Shown one piece after another: positions 43,622-52,451 of a stretch of DNA of 64,000 bases; the first letter of the stretch is position 1; each line of letters begins with the position of its first letter. Position numbers and translations under genes: made by a program. The notes under the pieces were generated by a model, which was given only the letters and a program-made list of their open reading frames with translations, was not told the DNA's origin and ran no database searches. The DNA comes from Bacillota bacterium (GTDB taxonomy: Bacteria; Bacillota; Clostridia; Christensenellales; DTU072): the NCBI GenBank assembly GCA_009781445.1, contig WQYD01000003.1, positions 2,464 to 66,463 on the forward strand, in the 5' to 3' direction.

Positions 43622-44839
43622 TTAAAGTCCGTTTTCGTTAAATATCTCAACCGCCGTAATACATACTTCAAACGCTTTCTGCATACATTCAACACTCAAG
43701 TTATCCGCATTATCAAGCCTTGTGTGGTAAAAGGGCGCGGGGGTGTGTTCCATGCCGAGGATTGCCACGGCAGGAATGCCCTTTTGCGCGAATGCGGCGG
43801 CATCGGTTGAACCAAGGGGTACGCCTTTGTGGGGCAGGGGTTTATCAAAGTGCTTTTCGGCAGATTTGTCTATCAGCTTTACGGCGCGTTTATCGTGCTT
43901 AACGATTCCGTTTAAATCCTTAGATATAACTTGAAAATGTTCAAGTTGCCCCAAGGTTTCAAGCCCCACAAACACCGTTTCCACATTTTTATCTTTAAGC
44001 AAACTTAAATTTTGCTTTACAAAGGCTTTTGCACCGCGAAGTCCTGCCTCTTCACTGCCTGTGTTAAGCGCGCAAACTTCGGTGTTTTCATAATTGATAT
44101 TGTTATCTTTAAGGTATTTAAGTACGCAAACCGCCACAAGTGAGGCACTTAAATTATCGTTAGCACCGTCTACCACCGTTTTAAAATCAATAAAGAACAG
44201 AATTAAAAAGATAAACGGCAGGAAAGCCACTGAGATTCCGAAGAAAATCCATTTGTGCATATCGGTGTAACTACCAAGCATTTTAAAATGAAGCGCGGTG
44301 ATACTCATGGCAAGCGAAACCAAGATTCCCACTATGGCGGTAACAATTAACAGCTTTGCAGGTTTTGCGCCGAATTTATGCCCAAGAGTCATTTCGTAAG
44401 CGGAATCTGCGTGTCCGCCGAAGATTATCCGCCTTTTAACTTCGCCCAAGGGGGATTTAACCGCGTAAAGGTTTACCGAAGTTTTCTTTTTGAAAAACGG
44501 GTTAAGCACAAGGCGGTATAAAATCATGTGCGACACGAAGAAAAAGAGTGAAACCGCCACCGCCACAATAAGTGCGACAGGGTGAAGCAAGAACAGCCCT
44601 ATTCCTATCGCCATTAAAAACGGCAATATTTTAGTGAAAATAAGGAATGCTTTGGGCGCAACCTTAAAATCTTGAAGCGAAACCTCATTCGCCCAACCAT
44701 TTTGCTTAATTTCCCCTGCAAGGTATTCTTGAGAATCCCTCTCGCCCTTACTGCCCGGTTCGCGCTTGCCAAAACTTTCGCAAATGTGCCTGATTTGTTC
44801 TTCCGCATAGTCTGCGTACTGTTTTGTGTTGTTTGTCAT
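43622..44839 (-). CDS. M28-family metallopeptidase with membrane-spanning insert
   Basis: GGHADSAYE and GSEEAGLRGAKAF motifs, with several TM helices between them. Confidence 0.7.
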   Translation of the reverse strand: MTNNTKQYADYAEEQIRHICESFGKREPGSKGERDSQEYLAGEIKQNGWANEVSLQDFKVAPKAFLIFTKILPFLMAIGIGLFLLHPVALIVAVAVSLFFFVSHMILYRLVLNPFFKKKTSVNLYAVKSPLGEVKRRIIFGGHADSAYEMTLGHKFGAKPAKLLIVTAIVGILVSLAMSITALHFKMLGSYTDMHKWIFFGISVAFLPFIFLILFFIDFKTVVDGANDNLSASLVAVCVLKYLKDNNINYENTEVCALNTGSEEAGLRGAKAFVKQNLSLLKDKNVETVFVGLETLGQLEHFQVISKDLNGIVKHDKRAVKLIDKSAEKHFDKPLPHKGVPLGSTDAAAFAQKGIPAVAILGMEHTPAPFYHTRLDNADNLSVECMQKAFEVCITAVEIFNENGL

Positions 44840-44862
44840 TTTTTTGTCCCCCTCTTGTTGTT

Positions 44863-45015
44863 TAATTCAGAATTATTTTTCAGCGCACAGCGCACAACGC
44901 ACAGCGCACAATGTTGGATTCTAAATATCATTATTGATTAGGCAACAGGCAATAGGCGCGGAATTATTATCAATATTTCCTTCACTGTGCGCTGTGCGCT
45001 GTGCGCTGTGCGCTG
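44863..45015. repeat. Family-1 heptamer-array palindromic element
   Basis: (CAGCGCA)x4 - aatgttggattctaaatatcattatt (core, reverse) - AGGCAA[C/T] array - ttccttcac - (TGTGCGC)x4. Reverse-orientation homologue of 4672-4804. Confidence 0.9.
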
Positions 45016-45022
45016 ATTTATG

Positions 45023-45805
45023 CTATTTCGCAAACCCCGCTATTATCATCATAAACTGCCCTAACTGCCCCCCGAATTCGGGTGCGCCGTCCATAATAAG
45101 TTTGCTTTCGGCGGTGTAGCTAAGCATATCCGCTTTTTGTAGTAAGATATTAAGCGCGCTTTCAATGCTATCAAACCTCATGCGGAAAAACGGCATACAC
45201 CTTTCATATTCGCCCCTGCCCGCTTTGCTGTTGCCTGCTTTCACGCGAACCCAAGCGGAAACCTCGGGCATTCCGTTAACTGCAAAAGCATAAACCCTAT
45301 CAGGGCTTTTTTGCGCCCATTCTTTAACTTCGGGGTGTCCTGCTTTATTTAATTGGCTGATTCCGCCCGAAAGAAGATAAAAATATAGCTTAACAAGCAA
45401 AACCCTATCCGCCTCTTTCTTTGGCAAATCCTTTGCCTGCAAAAGCGATGCCATTTTCAAAAGCAACCGCATTACGGATATAAACGCGCCGAAATTCTTC
45501 ATTGCGCCCTTAATCTTGGGCAATTTCATGGTTTTTCCTGCCATAAAGTTCACAAAATGATCTATATTCGGAAAGGACAACTCTATATCGGGGCTTTCAT
45601 GCACACTAAGCACGGTTTTAAATTCACCGCTTTCAATCACGAAATGCGTGGCATACTTCACCCCCTCGTCTATCGCAGAAAGCTGTAACACAAAACTTTT
45701 GCCTTTAAGCTTTAAGCCAAGTGGCGTGTCCGTAGCCACCACTTTAAGTAGCGGTATTGCTGATTTAAAAAATATTGAACTTGCGTATTTTTGATTATCT
45801 GTCAT
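45023..45805 (-). CDS. Tandem SCP2-like domain protein (hypothetical), paralogue of 49239..49997
   Basis: Start set at the ATG at 45805 (MTDNQKY...); the ORF-track N-terminus MRCALCAEIPTTNHKSPITKKI is repeat-derived. Two halves have SCP2-like ...F.N.D.F..FM.GK....K.KG... patterns. Confidence 0.45.
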   Translation of the reverse strand: MTDNQKYASSIFFKSAIPLLKVVATDTPLGLKLKGKSFVLQLSAIDEGVKYATHFVIESGEFKTVLSVHESPDIELSFPNIDHFVNFMAGKTMKLPKIKGAMKNFGAFISVMRLLLKMASLLQAKDLPKKEADRVLLVKLYFYLLSGGISQLNKAGHPEVKEWAQKSPDRVYAFAVNGMPEVSAWVRVKAGNSKAGRGEYERCMPFFRMRFDSIESALNILLQKADMLSYTAESKLIMDGAPEFGGQLGQFMMIIAGFAK

Positions 45806-45813
45806 GATTTTTT

Positions 45814-46025
45814 TGGTGATTGGTGATTTGTGGTTGGTGGTTGGTATTTCAGCGCACAGCGCACAACGCACAGCGCACAGTGAAGGAATTATTTATTTAG
45901 ATACGAAGTGCGAATTGTGAATTACCTAATTTTCAGTTACCGACTGAAAAATTGCTTGTGTTAATTTGTTAATAATGAGATTTAGAATCCGCCATTGCGC
46001 GCTGTGCGCTGTGCGCTGTGCGCTG
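45814..46025. repeat. Family-1 composite element
   Basis: GGTGATT-type array (45814-45846) - (CAGCGCA)x4 - agtgaaggaatt - degenerate GTACGAA array - small hairpin tttcagt/actgaaa - core - (GCGCTGT)x3. Confidence 0.9.
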
Positions 46026-46048
46026 ATTAGTGCGGAACGCGTTCCGCA

Positions 46049-47056
46049 CTAAATATCATCACTCCAATCCTCGTCTGCCTCAAAGTCTGCCTTTAAGAGT
46101 TCGCCTGCGTTTTTAACTATGCCGTTAGCGTCTATCTCGTGCATTGCCATTAAATCTTCGTGTAGCCCGATTGGGGAAAATTTATCTTGAAGCCCAAGCA
46201 TTCTGAACGCACAACCCTTTCCGCTACCTGCAATAACTTCAGCTACCGCACTTCCCAAACCGCCGATAACGGAATGATCTTCCACGGTTATAATTCGGCG
46301 CGTATCTTTAACTGCCGATAAAATAGCTTCTTTATCTATTGGCTTAATTGTGTGAATATTTAAAACGCGTGCTTTTATTCCGCTTGCGTTTAAAATTTTG
46401 GACGCCTCGCGTGCTTGGAAAACGCAAGAACCTGTGGCGATAATCGTGAGATCCGTTCCCTCGCACACCTTAACCGCCTTGCCGATTTCAAAGCCGTAAT
46501 CTTCCTTATCATAAAACACATTGTCAAATCCTCTGTTAATGCGGATATAAAAAGGGCCGGGGGTTTTGTGCGCCATTTTAACTGCGTTTGCGGTTTCAAT
46601 TCCGTCTGCTGGGATAATAACCGTCATGTTCACAAAGGAACGCATTACCGCAATATCCTCAATCGCATGGTGGGTTGAACCTGCCTGCCCGAAAGAAGTT
46701 CCGCCGTGCGTGGCGATAATTTTCACATTCAAATTTTGATAGCAAACATCCGAATGCACTTGATCCGCACACCTTAAAGAGGTGAAAACGGAAAATGACG
46801 AAACGAAAGGTATCAGCCCTGCTTTCGCCATGCCTGATGCCATGCCGATCATATTTTGTTCGGCAATCCCCACATTGAAAAATCTATCGGGGTATGCGTC
46901 CCCGAACATTCCTATTTTTGTGGACTGCGCAAGATCCGCCGTAAGCGCAACTACTTTTTTATCCTTCGCTCCCAATTCCACCAAGGTTTTTCCGTAAACC
47001 TCTGAGGTGGATAGCTTTGTGGTTTCCACTGCCGTGTAAGTTAAACTTCCTGCCAT
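46049..47056 (-). CDS. Transketolase, C-terminal (pyrimidine-binding) subunit
   Basis: 335 aa with ...FNVGIAEQNMIGMASGMA... and C-terminal domain motifs, immediately downstream of the N-terminal subunit gene. Confidence 0.85.
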   Translation of the reverse strand: MAGSLTYTAVETTKLSTSEVYGKTLVELGAKDKKVVALTADLAQSTKIGMFGDAYPDRFFNVGIAEQNMIGMASGMAKAGLIPFVSSFSVFTSLRCADQVHSDVCYQNLNVKIIATHGGTSFGQAGSTHHAIEDIAVMRSFVNMTVIIPADGIETANAVKMAHKTPGPFYIRINRGFDNVFYDKEDYGFEIGKAVKVCEGTDLTIIATGSCVFQAREASKILNASGIKARVLNIHTIKPIDKEAILSAVKDTRRIITVEDHSVIGGLGSAVAEVIAGSGKGCAFRMLGLQDKFSPIGLHEDLMAMHEIDANGIVKNAGELLKADFEADEDWSDDI

Positions 47057-47065
47057 AATTCCCTC

Positions 47066-47926
47066 CTATGCCTTAATTCTTTTTTCATGGTAAGCCTTTA
47101 GGCTTAAGTTTGCTTCATTATACTTCTTTTCGTCTATCGCGCCGTAATGCCAGCGGTAATCGTCTTCCATATAATTGATGCCTGCGCCTTTAATTGTGTT
47201 TGCGATTATCACAGTGGGTTTTTCCGCCGTCTTCGCACCGTTTTTGGCTTTTTCAAGTGCGGAAACAAGTTCGGGAATGCTGTGTCCGTCCACTTCCACC
47301 ACTTCAAAACCAAAAGCGCGCCATTTATCCGCAAACGGTTCAAGTGCCATAACGCTTTCGGTGCGTCCGTCTATCATGCACTTGTTGCGATCAACAATCG
47401 TAACCAAATTTGTAATCTTAAAGTGGCTTATTGCCATTGCCGATTCCCAAATCGCGCCTTCGTTACATTCGCCGTCCCCAAGAATGCAATAGGTTATATA
47501 ATCCTTATTATTTATCTTCCCAGCCAAGGCAATGCCCGAAGCCATGGAAAGCCCGTGTCCCAATGAACCTGTGGAAGCGTCTACCCCTGCAACCTTGTTA
47601 GAGTCCAAGTGGATTCCCAGCTTTGAACCTGTGAGGTTAAAAGTTTTTAAATCCTTTTTATCAATAAAGCCAAGATCGGCAAGAACAGAGGCGTGCGCAA
47701 TGCCTGCGTGTCCTTTACTCATAATCATTCTGTCTCTATCTTCCCAATTCGGATTTTTAATATCAATTTTCATTATCTTGTGGTATAAAACCGCCAAAAT
47801 ATCCATTACACTCATGCCACCGCCGATATGCCCCGAACCTGCGTCATAAGTGGTTAACAAACACAAAGCGCGCAAATCCGCCACTTTTTGTTCAAGCCTT
47901 AGAAGTTCTTGTTTGTCCATTATCAT
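47066..47926 (-). CDS. Transketolase, N-terminal (TPP-binding) subunit
   Basis: 286 aa with SGHIGGGMS, SKGHAG and GDGECNEG motifs. Confidence 0.85.
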   Translation of the reverse strand: MIMDKQELLRLEQKVADLRALCLLTTYDAGSGHIGGGMSVMDILAVLYHKIMKIDIKNPNWEDRDRMIMSKGHAGIAHASVLADLGFIDKKDLKTFNLTGSKLGIHLDSNKVAGVDASTGSLGHGLSMASGIALAGKINNKDYITYCILGDGECNEGAIWESAMAISHFKITNLVTIVDRNKCMIDGRTESVMALEPFADKWRAFGFEVVEVDGHSIPELVSALEKAKNGAKTAEKPTVIIANTIKGAGINYMEDDYRWHYGAIDEKKYNEANLSLKAYHEKRIKA

Positions 47927-47949
47927 TCTCCTTATATTCTTTTTCTCTA

Positions 47950-49218
47950 TTAGTCCCCAAAGAATTTTGGGTTGTTTTTTCTTGTAACTTTAAATGCCTC
48001 TTCGGCTACTTCGCCTGTGAAATTGATGTCGCTATCCGTCATTGCCATGCAGGTGAAGTGGTTGTGGTGGTTTGTTAAAAACACACCTCTCTTAACGCAT
48101 TCCGCCACCCATTGTTGGTGAATTATTTGGGAATAATCATTTTTAAGCATTAAGTAAAAAAGCGCGGGTTCGCCCGATACTTCCACCTCAAAGCCGTGCA
48201 ATGCCCCTGCTTTAACTATAATATCGGTAACCTTTTGCCCCGTTTCCTTTAAAAATTTGGGTGCGTTAAGTTTTTTAAGTTTGTTAATATTCGCAATTGC
48301 CGCCGCCATTGGCGCGGAAGACATCCAATAGCTTCCCGTGAACATTATTGCACTTGCCACTGGCTTTAAAAAATCCTTACCGCAAAGCGCGGAAATGTTA
48401 TAGCCGTTTGCGATTGCCTTGCAAAAGCAGATTAAATCCGCCTCAAATCCGTAAAAATGATCAGAACCTGCCAAATCAAGCCTGAATCCGCAACGGATAT
48501 CGTCTATGATAAGCACAGAACTGTGCTTGGTGCAAAGTTCACGCACGCGTTGCCAATAGCCGTTTGCAGGGGTTACATTTGTTTTAAAATTTCCGTGCAT
48601 ATACGGCGTGCCGATAAATCCCGCAATGCTGTCCCCGTGTTCGGCAAACACTTTTTCAAGGGCGGTAAAATCATTAAATTCAATGTAAAGCGCGTTTCTT
48701 ATATCGTCCTCAATCACGCCTGCATTATCAATTTTTTGACACCACGGCATAACCCCGTGGTAAAACCCGTTCACAAACACTATCTTTTTGCGCCTTGTTG
48801 CCTCGCGCGCGATCATAATAGAATAGCTTGTGGCATCACCGCCGTTTTTCATGAAATATGCCCAATTTGCAGATTTCACGGTATCCACCAAAAGTTCCGC
48901 AAGTTCCACCATTTTAAAAGACGGTAAGGTTAAGCAATCGCCGTCTGCAAGCTGTTTTTTAAAAGCCTCGTCTACATCGGGATCACCATATCCAAGCACG
49001 CTTGGGCCATAGGCGCACATATAATCAAGAAATTTATTTCCGTCTGCGTCCCAAAAATATTGCCCTTGCGCTTTTGAGGCAAAAAACGGATACGCTTCCA
49101 CAGGCGTCATGCAACCTGAAGCAGGGCCTAAATGCCCATAAACCCCGCTTGGTATAACCTTAAGCGCGCGTTCAAAATATTCTCTTGATTTTGTGTAATC
49201 GTTTAATTTGTTTTGCAT
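47950..49218 (-). CDS. Class-III (omega/GSA-like) pyridoxal-phosphate aminotransferase
   Basis: 422 aa with ...DYMCAYGPSVLGY..., ...LIIDDIRCGFR... and ...DLICFCKAIANG (PLP-lysine context). Confidence 0.75.
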   Translation of the reverse strand: MQNKLNDYTKSREYFERALKVIPSGVYGHLGPASGCMTPVEAYPFFASKAQGQYFWDADGNKFLDYMCAYGPSVLGYGDPDVDEAFKKQLADGDCLTLPSFKMVELAELLVDTVKSANWAYFMKNGGDATSYSIMIAREATRRKKIVFVNGFYHGVMPWCQKIDNAGVIEDDIRNALYIEFNDFTALEKVFAEHGDSIAGFIGTPYMHGNFKTNVTPANGYWQRVRELCTKHSSVLIIDDIRCGFRLDLAGSDHFYGFEADLICFCKAIANGYNISALCGKDFLKPVASAIMFTGSYWMSSAPMAAAIANINKLKKLNAPKFLKETGQKVTDIIVKAGALHGFEVEVSGEPALFYLMLKNDYSQIIHQQWVAECVKRGVFLTNHHNHFTCMAMTDSDINFTGEVAEEAFKVTRKNNPKFFGD

Positions 49219-49238
49219 TATAAATCCGTAGCCTCTCT

Positions 49239-49997
49239 TTAATCCTTAAGATAGATTGATACTCTGTTCAATATATTGTTAAGGTTCATCATTATGGGAA
49301 AATAGCCCTTGGTTTCAAGCGTACCCTTGCCGATTTCCGCCATGGCGTCCTTTTCGCCACTAAATACGCCTTTTGCCGTAGCCAAGCTATCAAAGCGCAT
49401 GATTGCGCGCGGGTTAGGGCTTTCCGATTTAATTAAGGAAAGTTTATTTTCTTCTGTGCGGATAGTTAGCTTAACTTCGCCTGCCTCAAAACTTAAATCC
49501 CCGTTTGGAATTCTTTTTGCGGAAGTTTTGCCCACAGGATCATGGTTGCCGATTTCACAAATCGCGCCTGCCACCACACTGCACATAATCTTGGTGCTGA
49601 TTTCGCTAAACTCTTTATCTTCATGCTTTTCGGGCGGGGCTTTTAAATAGCTTTCAAGCATTGCGCCAAGTTTTTTAAAATTATTAAGCACAAAACCAAG
49701 TTTTAAAAACCCTTTTATCGGCAAAGGGTTGCCCTTGCCGTTTGCCATATCGTTAAGTGCCTCGGGGCTTTTAAACCAAAGCGTAACAGAGGGTTTTGCA
49801 CTTTCGGGCAAAATTTCGCACTTTCCGCCAAAAAATTTAAACACCGCTTTGGGGCCGTTTTTAACAGAAAATTTAATAAGCACAGGCTTTTTGGGCGAAG
49901 CAAGCGCAGTGGCTTCGCTATCCAAAGCGCAAAGCGTTTCAATCGCGCCGAAAACCGCGAAGAGGTTTATGTAAGAGAGAGTTAGTGTGTCTTTCAA
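49239..49997 (-). CDS. Tandem SCP2-like domain protein (hypothetical), paralogue of 45023..45805
   Basis: 252 aa. Two halves each end in ...F.S.E/A....G...........KG... patterns reminiscent of SCP2 sterol-carrier folds. Confidence 0.45.
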   Translation of the reverse strand: MKDTLTLSYINLFAVFGAIETLCALDSEATALASPKKPVLIKFSVKNGPKAVFKFFGGKCEILPESAKPSVTLWFKSPEALNDMANGKGNPLPIKGFLKLGFVLNNFKKLGAMLESYLKAPPEKHEDKEFSEISTKIMCSVVAGAICEIGNHDPVGKTSAKRIPNGDLSFEAGEVKLTIRTEENKLSLIKSESPNPRAIMRFDSLATAKGVFSGEKDAMAEIGKGTLETKGYFPIMMNLNNILNRVSIYLKD

Positions 49998-50012
49998 TTT
50001 TGGAACTCCTTT

Positions 50013-50163
50013 TTTAATTCAGAATTCAGAATGCAGAATTATGGAATTATTTATTTAGGTACGAAGTACAAGGTACGAAGTACGAATTATGGATTAATTA
50101 ACTAATAATGAGATTTAGATTCCTTCATGTTTATCGTTTATCGTTTCTCGTTTCTCGTTTCAT
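50013..50163. repeat. Family-1 module concatenate in a divergent intergenic region
   Basis: (CAGAATT)x3 - atggaattatttatttag - (GTACGAA)x4 - ttatggattaattaactaataatgagatttagattccttcat - (GTTT[A/C]TC)x4. Confidence 0.9.
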
Positions 50164-50238
50164 ATTCCATTATATACCATTTTTTCGCTTCCGTAAATAG
50201 GGAAAATCGCAATAAAAGTGCAATAAAAGTGCGGTTGC

Positions 50239-50267
50239 TTGCTTTTGGGGTTAAAAGAGAGTATAAT
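50239..50267 (+). promoter_or_regulatory. Sigma-70-like promoter for prfB
   Basis: TTGCTT (50239-50244), a 17-nt spacer, TATAAT (50262-50267). Confidence 0.5.
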
Positions 50268-50297
50268 TCCTGATAATGCGTAAAGCGCGGTGAGAGA

Positions 50298-51392
50298 ATG
50301 GATTTTTATAATCAGAAAGAACAGCTTAAAGAATATTTAGCGTCCTTAAGAACTTCAGAGGACGCGCTTAATGTTTCCGCGCTTAACGCGGAACTTTCCG
50401 CAATTAAAATTAAGCAGGAAAATCCTGACTATTGGCAAAATGCAGACGAAGCGAAAAAGGACGGGCAAAGGCTATCCTTCATTGAAAAAAAACTTGGCGC
50501 GGTGAGTGCGCTTAATGAAAAAATTAAGTACCTTAGCGAACTTTTTGAACTTGCCGAACTAATGCAGGATAATGAAGTTAAAGCGGAAGCGGATTCGCTT
50601 TTGGTTGAGGTGGGAAAAGAAAGCGAAGCGTTGTTTTTGGAAACGCTTATGAACGGAAAGTACGATAATTTAAACGCAATTTTAAGCCTGCACGCAGGCG
50701 CAGGCGGTACGGAAGCGCAGGATTGGGCAGAGATGCTTTACCGAATGTATTCCCGCTATGCAGAACGCGCAGGATTTATAGTTACAGAACTTGACAGGCT
50801 TCAAGGGGACGAGGCAGGCATTAAAAGTGCCTCGTTCTTAATTTCGGGAAACAACGCGTATGGGTTCCTAAAAGCCGAGAAAGGGGTACACAGACTGGTG
50901 AGAATAAGCCCTTTTGATTCCAATAAAAGAAGGCACACTTCGTTCGCTTCTCTTGAGGTTATGCCCGAAATTTTGGATAGTAATGAGATAACCATTAACC
51001 CAGAAGAACTAAGGATAGACACCCTTAGAAGCGGTGGCGCAGGCGGACAGCATGTGAACAAAACCGAAAGCGCAGTGCGGATTACCCACCTGCCCACAGG
51101 CATAGTAACCCAATGCCAAAACGAACGATCTCAAATCCAAAACCGCGAAACCGCCATGAAAATGCTGATTTCCAAGCTAACCGAAAAGCGCGAAAGAGAA
51201 CTGCTTGAAAGAGATCAAAGCATAAAGGGCGACATTAAAAAAATTGAATGGGGTTCACAAATCCGTTCGTATGTCTTTTGCCCTTACACCCTCGTAAAAG
51301 ATCACCGCACCGCCTACGAAAACACAAATGTGGGTGCTGTTATGGACGGGGACATTGAGGGGTTTATTTTTGATTATCTTAAAAGAGTTTAG
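50298..51392 (+). CDS. prfB: Peptide chain release factor 2
   Basis: SPF tripeptide (RISPFDS), GGQ (SGGAGGQHVNKTESAVRITHLPTGI) and 364 aa as a single uninterrupted ORF. Confidence 0.9.
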   Translation: MDFYNQKEQLKEYLASLRTSEDALNVSALNAELSAIKIKQENPDYWQNADEAKKDGQRLSFIEKKLGAVSALNEKIKYLSELFELAELMQDNEVKAEADSLLVEVGKESEALFLETLMNGKYDNLNAILSLHAGAGGTEAQDWAEMLYRMYSRYAERAGFIVTELDRLQGDEAGIKSASFLISGNNAYGFLKAEKGVHRLVRISPFDSNKRRHTSFASLEVMPEILDSNEITINPEELRIDTLRSGGAGGQHVNKTESAVRITHLPTGIVTQCQNERSQIQNRETAMKMLISKLTEKRERELLERDQSIKGDIKKIEWGSQIRSYVFCPYTLVKDHRTAYENTNVGAVMDGDIEGFIFDYLKRV

Positions 51393-51611
51393 TGAAGACG
51401 GCTACGCCTTATGAAGTCGCGTGCGCTGCACGCTTGTGAAGACGGCTACGCCTCATGAAGACGCTACGCTTATGGAGCGCGGGCGCGCCCGCATGAACTG
51501 ATTAAATTTAGCATTCCTTCATGTTGCAAAGCAACACTTCACAAGTGAACGAAGTGAACGACTTCACAAGCAAACTTGTTTGCGTCTTCACGCGCAAAAG
51601 GCGCACTTCAT
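51393..51611. repeat. Family-2 element (GTGAAGAC/ATGAAG-word type)
   Basis: Left words are gtgaagac/atgaag plus GC-rich mini-hairpins. The centre is gcgcgggcgcgcccgcatgaactgattaaatttagcattccttcatgttgcaaagcaaca. Right words are cttcac. Confidence 0.85.
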
Positions 51612-51714
51612 TAATATTGCATTCTGCCGAAAGCAGAATGTAATTATTCATTGCGCATTTTGTTTTTATAATATATAATTATTTATAACACAAAATATGA
51701 AGTGAGGAATTTTT

Positions 51715-52434
51715 ATGAAAAAGAATTTTGAAAAGATTGTATCTATCGCACTCGGCACGATGTCTTTGATTTTCGTGGTTGCTTTGTTGATATTTATTTT
51801 TAACACCGATGCCGCTATTGAGGCAAATAATTCAGTGGTTCATGCCCTGTTTGTGGTTTTCTTTGTTATCTTTGCCGCGCTTACCGCACTCAATATCTAT
51901 TCCGCTTTCACGGATAATGACAAGGTAAACCAAGTTTTGATTTTCAAATCCAAGGGTGGCAAAACTGAGGCGACAGTGGGCGTTATCGGCAAACTTTCCA
52001 AGAAAGCCGTTACCATGGCAGGCGGGGTTAAGGTTGGCAAGCCTCACCTTTTAGTAGACGATAATTTTGAAGTTACCATGAGGATAGCTATAAAATTAAC
52101 AGACGAAAAGGTGGAAGCAGTTGTGCCTGTTATCCGTGAATCCCTTGAAATTGCGTTTGCAGAAGAACTTGGGCTTAAGTTTAAAGCTATAGACTTTAAG
52201 GTTACAAGCATGAAGAGTAAAAAAGCGAAAGCTGAAAAAGCGGAAGATAGCCCTGCTAAATTTTATAATGAAGAACCTGTTCTTGCCACAACTGAGGACA
52301 TTGTGCCTTTTGAAGTAAGTTCGGCTTACGATAAGTTTGCAGAAGAAAAAGCAAGCGAAATTAAAGCGGAAGAAATTATTGCAGAAGAACCTATTGCCCA
52401 AGAAGTAGCAGAAGAAGCAGATACGGACAAATAA
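51715..52434 (+). CDS. Membrane protein with Asp23/AmaP-like region and acidic tail (tentative)
   Basis: Two N-terminal TM helices, a central region with a pattern like alkaline-shock-family proteins, and a Glu/Ala/Lys-rich C-terminus. Confidence 0.35.
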   Translation: MKKNFEKIVSIALGTMSLIFVVALLIFIFNTDAAIEANNSVVHALFVVFFVIFAALTALNIYSAFTDNDKVNQVLIFKSKGGKTEATVGVIGKLSKKAVTMAGGVKVGKPHLLVDDNFEVTMRIAIKLTDEKVEAVVPVIRESLEIAFAEELGLKFKAIDFKVTSMKSKKAKAEKAEDSPAKFYNEEPVLATTEDIVPFEVSSAYDKFAEEKASEIKAEEIIAEEPIAQEVAEEADTDK

Positions 52435-52451
52435 CCCTTTAAAATACCAAA

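Noticed and set aside
50298-50400. Programmed +1 frameshift site expected in many prfB genes.
   Set aside because: The RF2 ORF is continuous from the ATG at 50298. The region equivalent to the E. coli CUU-UGA site reads tcc-tta-aga-act with no in-frame stop, so this is the common non-frameshifted form of prfB.
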